From IMG/VR virus record IMGVR_UViG_3300008113_000206, positions 1-47,249 of that record: a stretch of DNA of 47,249 nt. One strand, given 5' to 3'. This DNA comes from a virus (lineage: Duplodnaviria > Caudoviricetes). This document shows, piece by piece, positions 37,252 through 45,240 of this stretch. The notes under the pieces were generated by a model. That model saw nothing but the letters and a program-made list of their open reading frames with translations. It searched no databases and was not told the DNA's origin. A program made the translations under genes and the position numbers. How positions within the stretch are numbered: the stretch's first letter is position 1; each line of letters begins with the position of its first letter.

Positions 37252-37505
37252 TGGCTAAGACTCCTGCATGGCAGCGCAAGGAAGGGCAGAACCCGAAGGG
37301 CGGTCTGAACGCCAAGGGTCGCGCCTCATACAACGCAGCTAACCCCGGCAAGCCGGGGCTAAAGGCACCGCAGCCTGAAGGCGGTTCTCGTCGTGATTCT
37401 TTTTGCGCCCGGATGAAAGGGATGAAGAAGAAGTTAACTAGCGAGAAGACGGCTAACGACCCGAACAGCCGTATCAATAAATCTCTACGCGCATGGAAGT
37501 GCTGA
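37248..37505 (+). CDS. Small basic protein (DUF6321-like)
   Basis: AWQRKEGQNPKGGLNAKGRASY...RRDSFCARM...SLRAWKC; family recognised from memory. Confidence 0.8.
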   Translation: MMAKTPAWQRKEGQNPKGGLNAKGRASYNAANPGKPGLKAPQPEGGSRRDSFCARMKGMKKKLTSEKTANDPNSRINKSLRAWKC

Positions 37506-37506
37506 C

Positions 37507-37665
37507 ATGAAAAAACCTGTCTGGGAACAACCTCGCCCATCCGATTTGGGGAAACCCAAAAAGCTGTCACCTGCAAAGAAGGCGTCAGCTAAAGCAGCGG
37601 CCAAGAAAGCTGGCCGTCCATACCCTAATCTCGTGGATAACATGAGAGCCGCAAGGAGAAAGTAA
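37507..37665 (+). CDS. 52-aa basic microprotein (MKKPVWEQPRP...AGRPYPNLVDNMRAARRK)
   Basis: Translated by hand; starts 1 nt after the previous stop; TAATG-coupled to the next gene. Confidence 0.75.
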   Translation: MKKPVWEQPRPSDLGKPKKLSPAKKASAKAAAKKAGRPYPNLVDNMRAARRK

Positions 37666-37787
37666 TGAAAGCTAAAGCCAAACCGATGCCGATGACTAAA
37701 GCATTTAAGCCCTGCAAAGGATGCCCTAGCCCAGCTAAGTGCGCCAAGATGGGCGCATGCGCTATGAAAATGAAGGGGAAATACTAA
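37665..37787 (+). CDS. 40-aa basic Cys4 microprotein (MKAKAKPMPMTKAFKPCKGCPSPAKCAKMGACAMKMKGKY)
   Basis: AAGGAG SD; TAATG overlaps at both ends. Confidence 0.7.
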   Translation: MKAKAKPMPMTKAFKPCKGCPSPAKCAKMGACAMKMKGKY

Positions 37788-37942
37788 TGATGAACGGCAA
37801 GAAAAGCGCGGCCTACGAAAAGCTCGATAAGCAGGAAGAGAAGATCGAAGACCGTAAGAAAAAAATTAAGCAAGCCGAGATGGAGAAGATGATCCGTGGG
37901 ATTGTCCGCTCTGAAATGGCTAAAACTAAAAAGGCTAAGTAA
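37787..37942 (+). CDS. 51-aa Lys/Glu-rich microprotein
   Basis: In the frame of track ORF 37739-37942; ATG 37787 with AGGGG SD and TAATG overlap. Confidence 0.7.
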   Translation: MMNGKKSAAYEKLDKQEEKIEDRKKKIKQAEMEKMIRGIVRSEMAKTKKAK

Positions 37943-38100
37943 TGCCGTTCACATCAGAGAAGCAAGCCCGCACTATGCGGGCTGCGGCGCACGATCCAGC
38001 TTTCGCCAAGAAGATGAAGATTTCACAAGCTGCTGCCAAGAAGATGGTCGCCCATTCAAAAGGCAAAGCTGTAAAATCTTCGGCTAAGCCGAAGAAGTAA
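37942..38100 (+). CDS. 52-aa basic microprotein (MPFTSEKQARTMRAAAHDPAFAKKMKISQ...)
   Basis: Translated by hand; TAATG overlap; stop abuts the HNH stop. Confidence 0.75.
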   Translation: MPFTSEKQARTMRAAAHDPAFAKKMKISQAAAKKMVAHSKGKAVKSSAKPKK

Positions 38101-38352
38101 TTACTTCATCCCGGCTCGTTTGTTTCTTGGGAATGAGCGATTGGCGGAGGCGGGTACTGCACGTAGGTTCCCGTTTCCGTTGCCGCCGCCTTTAGCGATA
38201 GGGCGCTTGTGGTCAACGTCTTTGCCGTCGCCCTTTGACACCACGCCCTTACGTTCCATCTCGCGACGCGCTGCGTTGCGCTTCGCCCTATTCTTCTTCT
38301 GTTCCTCAGTACCCTGATAATTCTGGTACTCAGTCTTATAGTTCCGTGCCAT
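38101..38352 (-). CDS. Small HNH endonuclease
   Basis: DVDHKRPIAKGGGNGNGNLRAVPASANRS; GGAG SD. Confidence 0.85.
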   Translation of the reverse strand: MARNYKTEYQNYQGTEEQKKNRAKRNAARREMERKGVVSKGDGKDVDHKRPIAKGGGNGNGNLRAVPASANRSFPRNKRAGMK

Positions 38353-38361
38353 GTCGATCTC

Positions 38362-41322
38362 CTAGCTCGCTGAGCCTTGCAACACCGCCAACGTAACAGA
38401 GCTTTGCTGCCGTGCCGTGGTGCTGGTAATCGCGTCTACGAACCGTGGGTGGTTCACGTTAATAATTAGGCAATGGGCTTGCCCGGGGTTTCTGTTATGG
38501 CACCCCTTGAACATAGTAACTCGGTCCCGTGCAGAGATCAACGCGTTGTTATCATGTAGCTCCCGTACCACGCGGTCGATGCTGTCTCGTGTCTTGTTCA
38601 GCCACTGCTTAAACAGAGTCAGATTGATCGCTAGGACGCTTCCGGGCATGACTGGTGTGGTGCTGTCGTAGACCACCTTCAGGCGCGCCACAGCGCGCTC
38701 TGGGGCAGGAATCTGCACCTGTTCCTTACCTGAGCCGTAGATTTCTGTGACCTCGATCAGCCGGTCGTTATGCTCCTGCAAGTACTGGCCGATGGTGTCG
38801 AACACATCCGGCTTAGCGTCGATCATTTCCTTGCGCACCTTCAACACGTGGTCGAGAAGATACTTGGTAGTGCCCTCTATGTCGAACGGGAACAGCCCCA
38901 GCCGCTCGGCGATCTTGCTCATTGTCCATGCGCTGATGATGCTTGAGCGGAAGAACCGCTCCTGCGGCTCGAAGACGAAGTTGAATTTCTTCATGAACGC
39001 CGCTTCGCCCTTAGCCCACACAGCTTCAGGCCCACCCAAGTCGATCACTGCGGAGACTAGCTCAGGCATTGCCCAGCCATTGTTCTTAGCCACCATGTCA
39101 AAGAACCGGTTGCCGTTGTTGCCGCCCGTCTCGTCAGGCTTGATGAACGACCGGTCGTGGTGGTGTAGCTCCAGTGTCCTAGCCTTCAGCGGGTCGTTGC
39201 TGGTCTGCACGTTCTCGAACTTCTGATGCAGCGAGAAGTTGGTCGTGATCAGCGTAGGCCCATCCCACCTCACCGGCTCACGCAGCTCCCGCTCTTTGTT
39301 CATGGCGATCTTTTCACGGCCTTGGCTCAGGTCATAAGCCAAGTCAGCCATGTCTTCATCTTTGGCAGTGGTTAACTCGTCGATGGTGCATGGCAAGTTA
39401 TTCAGTACGCCACGGATTTTGTACAGCGCGTTCGACGTATCGTTCTTATTCAGCATCAGGTCACGCGGTGTACCGACCAAACTGTTGGCAGCGATCAGCG
39501 ACAGCGACTTACCTGTCGTAGTTTCTGTGGAGTAGATCGACACAACCAAGCAGCTGTTACCTGCAACCTTACCCAAGACACCTGCTGTACCCAGCATCAC
39601 AGCCGAGCGCATCGGTGCCGTGCCGGGATTGTTCAGCATGCGCATCGCGTTGACCCACTCATCGCGTGAGCCATGTGGTTTGATGATCTCAGCGTAACGC
39701 GCAGCAGGACCTCGCAGTCTGCGATCAGTTGCGCCCGTAGGTGAGCCGATAATCTTTTCGCCGCACAAGAACGAGCCATCGTCTTGCCAGCCGAACGCAA
39801 TAAAATCAATGCCTGTCGGTGCTTGGTTCTGCACCATGGTTAAGTAGTCCATCAAATAACCCCGTAGTCTTTCTTGCATCCCCGCGTTTTTGACACTGAA
39901 CACCTGCCTGTTAAGTAGGAAGGTGGAAAACTCTTTGCCGATACTTGCGATCACTGCAAGCTCGTGGTCTTCTTCTTTCCAGCCGATCATCGGATACCTG
40001 ATCGCTAATCTGAACGTAGACTTACCAGATACAAAATCCTTGTACACGCCTGTGACGTGCATCGGGTATGGTGACGTTAGCTCCCAGTCAGTTGTCTCGA
40101 CATCAACAGCGTTGCCGTTCGCGTCCTTAGTCTCTGTCTTGATCTTGATCTCTTTGAATATCTTCCCGTCTCGCTCTACGTATGGCGGTGGCAACTCTAG
40201 CTCGATAGCTTCCTCGCCGCTTACCTCAACCGTGCTGGTAGTCGATGACGTTAGCTGCGCTGGGCTAGTGATCTTCCCTTTGTGTGGGCATCCCTTGCAC
40301 CCCTCAGCGCACAGCTGTTCGAACTTCGCGCATGTTGTAGGGCCAGTGCCACGCCATCCATCTATCTTCGCCATGCTGTCTTGCAAGTCAAAGTCTGGAT
40401 GCTTACCTGCCAGCATGATGATCGCTTCTTCAACATCGACCGCATGCTTAGCCATGCCACCGGACGCGCGCCACAGCGGTTCTGTAACTGGATTACCGGC
40501 TGCGTCTGTCACACCGCCTGATGCAACGAGTGCTGCGATCTGTTTGCAATGCTGAGCGACGATCTCGATACGTACGTCACGCGAGTTTGTGACTGCCGAC
40601 AACACACTGCTTGCACCCTTCGACACGCGCTTCGACGCAGCCTTAGTTACTTTGCCGAACCAAGGCTTTAGCACAGTGAACAACTGCACTGGGTCATAGT
40701 CAGGTGAATCTAACTTGCACTCGACTAACTTCCATGGAGTTTGCTTTTTGTGATGCGTACCAACTGGTCGCAGCACCATCGAAGGGTCGTGAATCTTCGA
40801 CGTGTCAATCGTTACATTTTTTTCTTCAAGCGCGAGACGCAACGCTGTTGATGCCTTCACCCAATGCGCAGTGCTGATCGATTGTGTCAGCGGCCAGTAG
40901 CAATGCAGACCTTTACCCGATGAGATGATCATTGGCATCGGCATACCGATTGTTTCCAACGCACCCTTCAGCGCAGTCCAACCTTCCTTCTGTGTTGCGT
41001 AGGGTTTGTCGCTTCCAATGTCTAAGTCCAACGCCAACGCTTTGAACAGCGTAGCTTTGTCTTGTGTTCTATACCACTTGCGCTTGCCCTTGTCGTCTGT
41101 ATACGCATGATCAGCAAACGCGCCGACACCAAAGTAAATGGTTGTCTCTGATTCTTGGTCCCACTTCTGTATCGCAGCAACTGCGTCATCGATGTTTGCA
41201 AACGAACCTCTGTTCCAAAAGAACCCGCGTGGGTTATTACCTGAGTGGTCAGGTTTGTGGGTACAGATAACAAGTTCGTTTTGCTGGGCGAATACGCGAG
41301 TAAGAAAGTTTTTAGTATCCAA
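38362..41322 (-). CDS. DNA primase/helicase (primase-polymerase-like N-terminus, Cys cluster, DUF927 ATPase)
   Basis: LDLD, SSGKGLHCYW, VLRPVGT; C..F...C..GC..CPH; FGWQ, TTGKS (Walker A), IDE; TTG start. Confidence 0.85.
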   Translation of the reverse strand: MDTKNFLTRVFAQQNELVICTHKPDHSGNNPRGFFWNRGSFANIDDAVAAIQKWDQESETTIYFGVGAFADHAYTDDKGKRKWYRTQDKATLFKALALDLDIGSDKPYATQKEGWTALKGALETIGMPMPMIISSGKGLHCYWPLTQSISTAHWVKASTALRLALEEKNVTIDTSKIHDPSMVLRPVGTHHKKQTPWKLVECKLDSPDYDPVQLFTVLKPWFGKVTKAASKRVSKGASSVLSAVTNSRDVRIEIVAQHCKQIAALVASGGVTDAAGNPVTEPLWRASGGMAKHAVDVEEAIIMLAGKHPDFDLQDSMAKIDGWRGTGPTTCAKFEQLCAEGCKGCPHKGKITSPAQLTSSTTSTVEVSGEEAIELELPPPYVERDGKIFKEIKIKTETKDANGNAVDVETTDWELTSPYPMHVTGVYKDFVSGKSTFRLAIRYPMIGWKEEDHELAVIASIGKEFSTFLLNRQVFSVKNAGMQERLRGYLMDYLTMVQNQAPTGIDFIAFGWQDDGSFLCGEKIIGSPTGATDRRLRGPAARYAEIIKPHGSRDEWVNAMRMLNNPGTAPMRSAVMLGTAGVLGKVAGNSCLVVSIYSTETTTGKSLSLIAANSLVGTPRDLMLNKNDTSNALYKIRGVLNNLPCTIDELTTAKDEDMADLAYDLSQGREKIAMNKERELREPVRWDGPTLITTNFSLHQKFENVQTSNDPLKARTLELHHHDRSFIKPDETGGNNGNRFFDMVAKNNGWAMPELVSAVIDLGGPEAVWAKGEAAFMKKFNFVFEPQERFFRSSIISAWTMSKIAERLGLFPFDIEGTTKYLLDHVLKVRKEMIDAKPDVFDTIGQYLQEHNDRLIEVTEIYGSGKEQVQIPAPERAVARLKVVYDSTTPVMPGSVLAINLTLFKQWLNKTRDSIDRVVRELHDNNALISARDRVTMFKGCHNRNPGQAHCLIINVNHPRFVDAITSTTARQQSSVTLAVLQGSAS

Positions 41323-41339
41323 TGCCGTGCCCTCAGATG

Positions 41340-41361
41340 AAAACCCCCGCCGAAGCGGGGG
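41340..41361 (-). terminator. Terminator/attenuator between the SSB-like and primase genes
   Basis: Minus strand CCCCCGC-TTCG-GCGGGGG-TTTT; a T-tract also follows on the plus strand. Confidence 0.75.
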
Positions 41362-41381
41362 CGTAATTTTTTCTTATTCTA

Positions 41382-42275
41382 TTACTCGTCGAATAGACTG
41401 TCGAGCTTAGCCGACAATTCTTCTGAGGCTTTCACCGGCGCAACAGCTGGCTTTTCCTTTGGTGCTTTAGCAACTGGTGCCGCTTCAACAACAGCCTCTT
41501 CTTCGTACGCCTCGTCAACTGCCGGGGCGGCGATAGCCGGAGCTTTTTGCGGCGCAGCGAGAGCCGGTCCTGCTTGCTTAGGTGATAACTGACGAGTAGC
41601 GATTTTTGCAGCATCACTGTCGATTAAGTCCTGCACACGGTCAGCTGCTTTTTCTGGCAGGTAGCCCTTGCGCGTAAAAGTAATCTTTGGATAACTCGCG
41701 CTGTCATCGAAGCCCATCTCCGTGATCACATCCTCAGTACCCAGACCGTAGTTGTCCAAGTCCTTGACGTACTCACGCAACGCCTTCATGCCCGATACCG
41801 GCACGGTCAAGCTGTAGACCTTGGTCGGGTCCGCAGCAGGTACGACCGCCAGATGCCGTTGGTCTGAACACATCTTCGACTTGGCACCCGATGGGAGAAT
41901 CTTCGAGCCGAGTACGTTGTGTGGGCAGTCTTGGCAGCTGGTGTGAACCGGCTTCTCGATCATAGCGTCAGGCTTCAAGCCATCGTTAGACCAGCAGTCA
42001 GGGCGGACATCCGTTGCCGTAGCGTCAAATGCCTTGCCGTAGAACACCTTCGATACCCGTGGGTTAGCCCCGACGATGATCGTGTCGAGCGTCACGCCGA
42101 CAGTGGTTTCTACCCCGTCTTCGTTCAGGCGGTACCGCCCTGCACGGATGCTGATGCGAGGAATGTTTAGGTTGTCCTTGACCAGTGCTGCTGTAATGGA
42201 CGACTTAACACCTGCTTGTTGACGGGCTGCAATACGCGCCGCAATGTGCGCTGGGACGTTAGTTAGATTAGTCAC
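41382..42275 (-). CDS. Putative ssDNA-binding/annealing protein
   Basis: PRISIR, PDCWSNDG, CQDCPHNVLGS, Ala/Pro/Lys linker and acidic C-terminal tip (LDSLFDE); replication module. Confidence 0.65.
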   Translation of the reverse strand: MTNLTNVPAHIAARIAARQQAGVKSSITAALVKDNLNIPRISIRAGRYRLNEDGVETTVGVTLDTIIVGANPRVSKVFYGKAFDATATDVRPDCWSNDGLKPDAMIEKPVHTSCQDCPHNVLGSKILPSGAKSKMCSDQRHLAVVPAADPTKVYSLTVPVSGMKALREYVKDLDNYGLGTEDVITEMGFDDSASYPKITFTRKGYLPEKAADRVQDLIDSDAAKIATRQLSPKQAGPALAAPQKAPAIAAPAVDEAYEEEAVVEAAPVAKAPKEKPAVAPVKASEELSAKLDSLFDE

Positions 42276-42670
42276 TATTCACTCCTGTTTTGAGATTTGC
42301 GAAAATTAAATACACGAACGGACGAGAAATTTACTCCCGGTGGTGGGGCTCCATGTTCTTCGACGAAGCTCTTCACACCTGTTTTAGACGCACGGGCCTC
42401 GACCATATCCCATGTGTTATTCTCTTTGCAGTAAGCAAAAAAGTCTTCCCGCGATGCGACTGTCGCAGAGTGATGCGTAGACCAGTAGGCAGTACCGACC
42501 GGAGTCTTGATAGAGTCAAGCCCGTCTTCCTGCGCCTTAGCCGTGAACCATCCCTCAAGGACAGCAAGTTTTTCAGCTAGTGCTGCACGATCTCTCTTGT
42601 GCTGGCGGTCGAGGTCATCGATCTCCCCGCGAACACGAAGATACCGCTCAGCGGCAATTTCGTAATTCAT
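42275..42670 (-). CDS. Hypothetical coiled-coil replication-module protein
   Basis: 131 aa; AGGAGG SD; SIKTPVGTAY and PPPGVN motifs. Confidence 0.75.
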   Translation of the reverse strand: MNYEIAAERYLRVRGEIDDLDRQHKRDRAALAEKLAVLEGWFTAKAQEDGLDSIKTPVGTAYWSTHHSATVASREDFFAYCKENNTWDMVEARASKTGVKSFVEEHGAPPPGVNFSSVRVFNFRKSQNRSE

Positions 42671-42684
42671 ACTTCCTCCTTTTA

Positions 42685-44235
42685 TTAATCGTCACTGTTG
42701 ACGCCTTGCACTAGCGTCAAAAATTCCGCCAAGGTGTTCTGCTTTGCACGGAGTCGGCGGTACAGCTCTCCCTCAAAGCTGGTGGCGTAGATGTGCCACA
42801 CAGTCGTTTTGCCGGTCGTAGTGATCCGACGAATTCTCGCATTAGCCTGTTCGTACTGTTCGAGTGAATAGATTGGAGCGAACCATATAATGTCTTTTGC
42901 CCGTGTCAGCGTCAGCCCGTGTGCTGCAACCTTTGGATGCGCCAACAAAATCTTAGGTGTGTCGGTATGTTGGAAGTCATTGAATATCTGATTCCTCTGT
43001 GCCTTCGTTGTGTCACCGTTGACCATAGCTACATCATGACCGTCAGCGATTAACTTATCCCGCAACCACAACTGAACGCCCTTCAGTGGTACGAAGATAA
43101 TTGTTTTGTCGCCGATCTCAGTAAGTAATTCAGTAAGCGTATTATACCGCTCCGAGGCGTCAATGGCAATCGCACCGGTGTCACCGTACACAACTCCGCA
43201 GCTAATCTGTAGCAACTTGCTAAGCATAACCGCAGCGTTGGGCGCAGCCACCTCACCACCAGCGAACACCGTCACCGCCTTGTCCTGCATTTCCTTGAAC
43301 GCCTTCTCCTGCTGCTTGGTGAGCGTTGTCTTGCGAGAGACGTAATTCGTATCAGGCAAGTCTTTGCACTCGTCTAGCGAGAAGCGTATCGAAGGCTGCA
43401 ACACTTTCTTGCAAGTCTCAAGCGCGTCTTCCCTCGGCACCCAACGGAACGTGGATACTTTCTTCATCACCAAGTCTTTGAACGTGGTGTAGCTCTTCGG
43501 GGCAGACGGCGAGTCAACCAACCGAGCCAGTGTCCATGCGTCTGCTGGTGCTTGCGAGATCGGTGTGCCTGTTAGCATCCACAACCACGGCTGGTGCTGC
43601 TTCATCCACTTGGCGAATATCTTGTACCGCTGCGAACTCGGAGACTTGAGCGCTGTTGCCTCGTCGTAGATCACTACGTCGAACCCAGTTAGCTCGGACT
43701 GCATGTTCGTAAATCCATCGTGGTTGATGATCACGTACTGCACACCCGTCTGCTGTAGCAACCGCTGCCGCTTCTCTTTCGTACCTGTGCAAACCACAAA
43801 GTTCCGGTGAGACAAGTGGTGCATGATCTCCCTGCCCCACACCACCTGCAACGTGGACAGCGGCGCGATGATCAACACCTTCCTAGCAATCTTCTCTTCC
43901 AGCAAAAAGTCAGCCGCCCACAACGCACTGATGGACTTGCCAGTACCCGGAGCGTTGAGACACAACGCACGTTTGTGTGTCGTTAGAAAAGCCGCTGTCT
44001 CTTTCTGGTGAGCCATGGGAGCGAACCTCCCCGGCCAACGGTAATACTGAGTAATAGGCGGAGGAACGCTAAGCCCAAAATTCCGCAGCACCAAAGACTC
44101 ATCCACGCCGTAAGGCATGGCGAGCAACTTGTCTCCGTTATGGTCGAAGGTCTTCGCATGGGGGATGCACTCCGCAATCGCAGCGTTGTTCGAACTGTTG
44201 ATAATGATCTTACGTTTATCTGGTATTACGAGCAT
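42685..44235 (-). CDS. SNF2-like superfamily 2 helicase
   Basis: PGTGKS, IYDEA, LTGTP, HGLTLT, QANARIRR; start moved to ATG 44235 (MLVIPDKRK). Confidence 0.92.
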   Translation of the reverse strand: MLVIPDKRKIIINSSNNAAIAECIPHAKTFDHNGDKLLAMPYGVDESLVLRNFGLSVPPPITQYYRWPGRFAPMAHQKETAAFLTTHKRALCLNAPGTGKSISALWAADFLLEEKIARKVLIIAPLSTLQVVWGREIMHHLSHRNFVVCTGTKEKRQRLLQQTGVQYVIINHDGFTNMQSELTGFDVVIYDEATALKSPSSQRYKIFAKWMKQHQPWLWMLTGTPISQAPADAWTLARLVDSPSAPKSYTTFKDLVMKKVSTFRWVPREDALETCKKVLQPSIRFSLDECKDLPDTNYVSRKTTLTKQQEKAFKEMQDKAVTVFAGGEVAAPNAAVMLSKLLQISCGVVYGDTGAIAIDASERYNTLTELLTEIGDKTIIFVPLKGVQLWLRDKLIADGHDVAMVNGDTTKAQRNQIFNDFQHTDTPKILLAHPKVAAHGLTLTRAKDIIWFAPIYSLEQYEQANARIRRITTTGKTTVWHIYATSFEGELYRRLRAKQNTLAEFLTLVQGVNSDD

Positions 44236-44540
44236 AGTGCTGCCCATCCTTTGAACTCTGAAGACCAAGCCTCGACCGAAGTCTCGCGCACAATCCACAC
44301 CTGAGCGCCAGCGTTGGTGCTAGCCTCGATCTCACGCAACTGATTCGGCGTACACTCACCGCGACCGAACTTAGTCTCTACGGCAAACGCTCTGCCATTC
44401 ACCCAGCCCACAAAGTCTGGGATACCTGCACGACCAAAGCCATTGGCTGAGGGCATAAACCAGTAACACTTCTCTGTTTTCTTCAGTACGTCTTTTACAA
44501 TCTTCTTTACATCACCTTCGTTTTTTAATTCAGCTCTCAT
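44226..44540 (-). CDS. VRR-NUC nuclease (Holliday junction resolvase-like)
   Basis: EGDVK...GIPDF...AVETK...TPNQ. Confidence 0.85.
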   Translation of the reverse strand: MRAELKNEGDVKKIVKDVLKKTEKCYWFMPSANGFGRAGIPDFVGWVNGRAFAVETKFGRGECTPNQLREIEASTNAGAQVWIVRETSVEAWSSEFKGWAALCS

Positions 44541-45229
44541 CGTCTCCCTTTCAGTCTAGCGTCTGGACAAATATCTTTTGCTGCACACCACGGGCATAAG
44601 CCCGATGGCTTTGTCTCGAATACGCCAAGATCAATTATTTCCTGCACCTTGTCAAACCGTGGTTCCAATGCTGACCACAACGCACCGAGGAACCTACGTT
44701 CATACTTCGAGTTAGTTGTCTCGTTGTACTTCAACCATACGAACGATGTCTTGACCGTCTCGACCTCCGGGAAATGCCAGAAGACCATTGCCGCAAATAG
44801 TTGTAGCTGGGTCGGACTCTCCCGAACCTTACCCGTCTTATAGTCAAGGCAATACGCCGTCTTACCTTCCACAACAAGTACATCAGCAATAGACCTAATC
44901 CATACATCAGGGGCGAACCACTCGACTGGGCGTAGTTCTCTATTAACTGCCATCTGGTGTTCAAAGTATTTGTCTCCCGATCTAGAAGTTACCTTGTCAA
45001 CAAGCGCGCCCCATCGTTCTAGTGTCTGCTGACCCTCGACAGATAGGGTTGATTCGTCTAACTCACCTTTGCCCTTTGCCTCTAATACTTTGTGAACCCT
45101 ATCTCCGTAGTCTGACGCTTCACTACCCTGCGATACGACACGCTTGGATACATACAGATAGTCGAACTGCGCAGGGCATTGCTCGAACGTAGATAAACGA
45201 CTGAACGACAAGGGCATTACTTGAGGCAT
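44537..45229 (-). CDS. PD-(D/E)XK exonuclease, Cas4/RecB-like
   Basis: SFSRLSTFEQCP, G..VH, IAD...DYKTGK, QLQLFA, C-terminal CPWC....C. Confidence 0.88.
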   Translation of the reverse strand: MPQVMPLSFSRLSTFEQCPAQFDYLYVSKRVVSQGSEASDYGDRVHKVLEAKGKGELDESTLSVEGQQTLERWGALVDKVTSRSGDKYFEHQMAVNRELRPVEWFAPDVWIRSIADVLVVEGKTAYCLDYKTGKVRESPTQLQLFAAMVFWHFPEVETVKTSFVWLKYNETTNSKYERRFLGALWSALEPRFDKVQEIIDLGVFETKPSGLCPWCAAKDICPDARLKGRR

Positions 45230-45240
45230 TACTTCTCCAG

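Noticed and set aside
38101-38352. HNH as a mobile intron or intein-associated homing element
   Set aside because: Free-standing 83-aa gene with its own SD; the neighbouring primase, polymerase and terminase ORFs look uninterrupted.
44537-45229. Cas4-like nuclease as a sign of a CRISPR system
   Set aside because: Stand-alone phage PD-(D/E)XK exonuclease in the replication module; no array or other cas genes.
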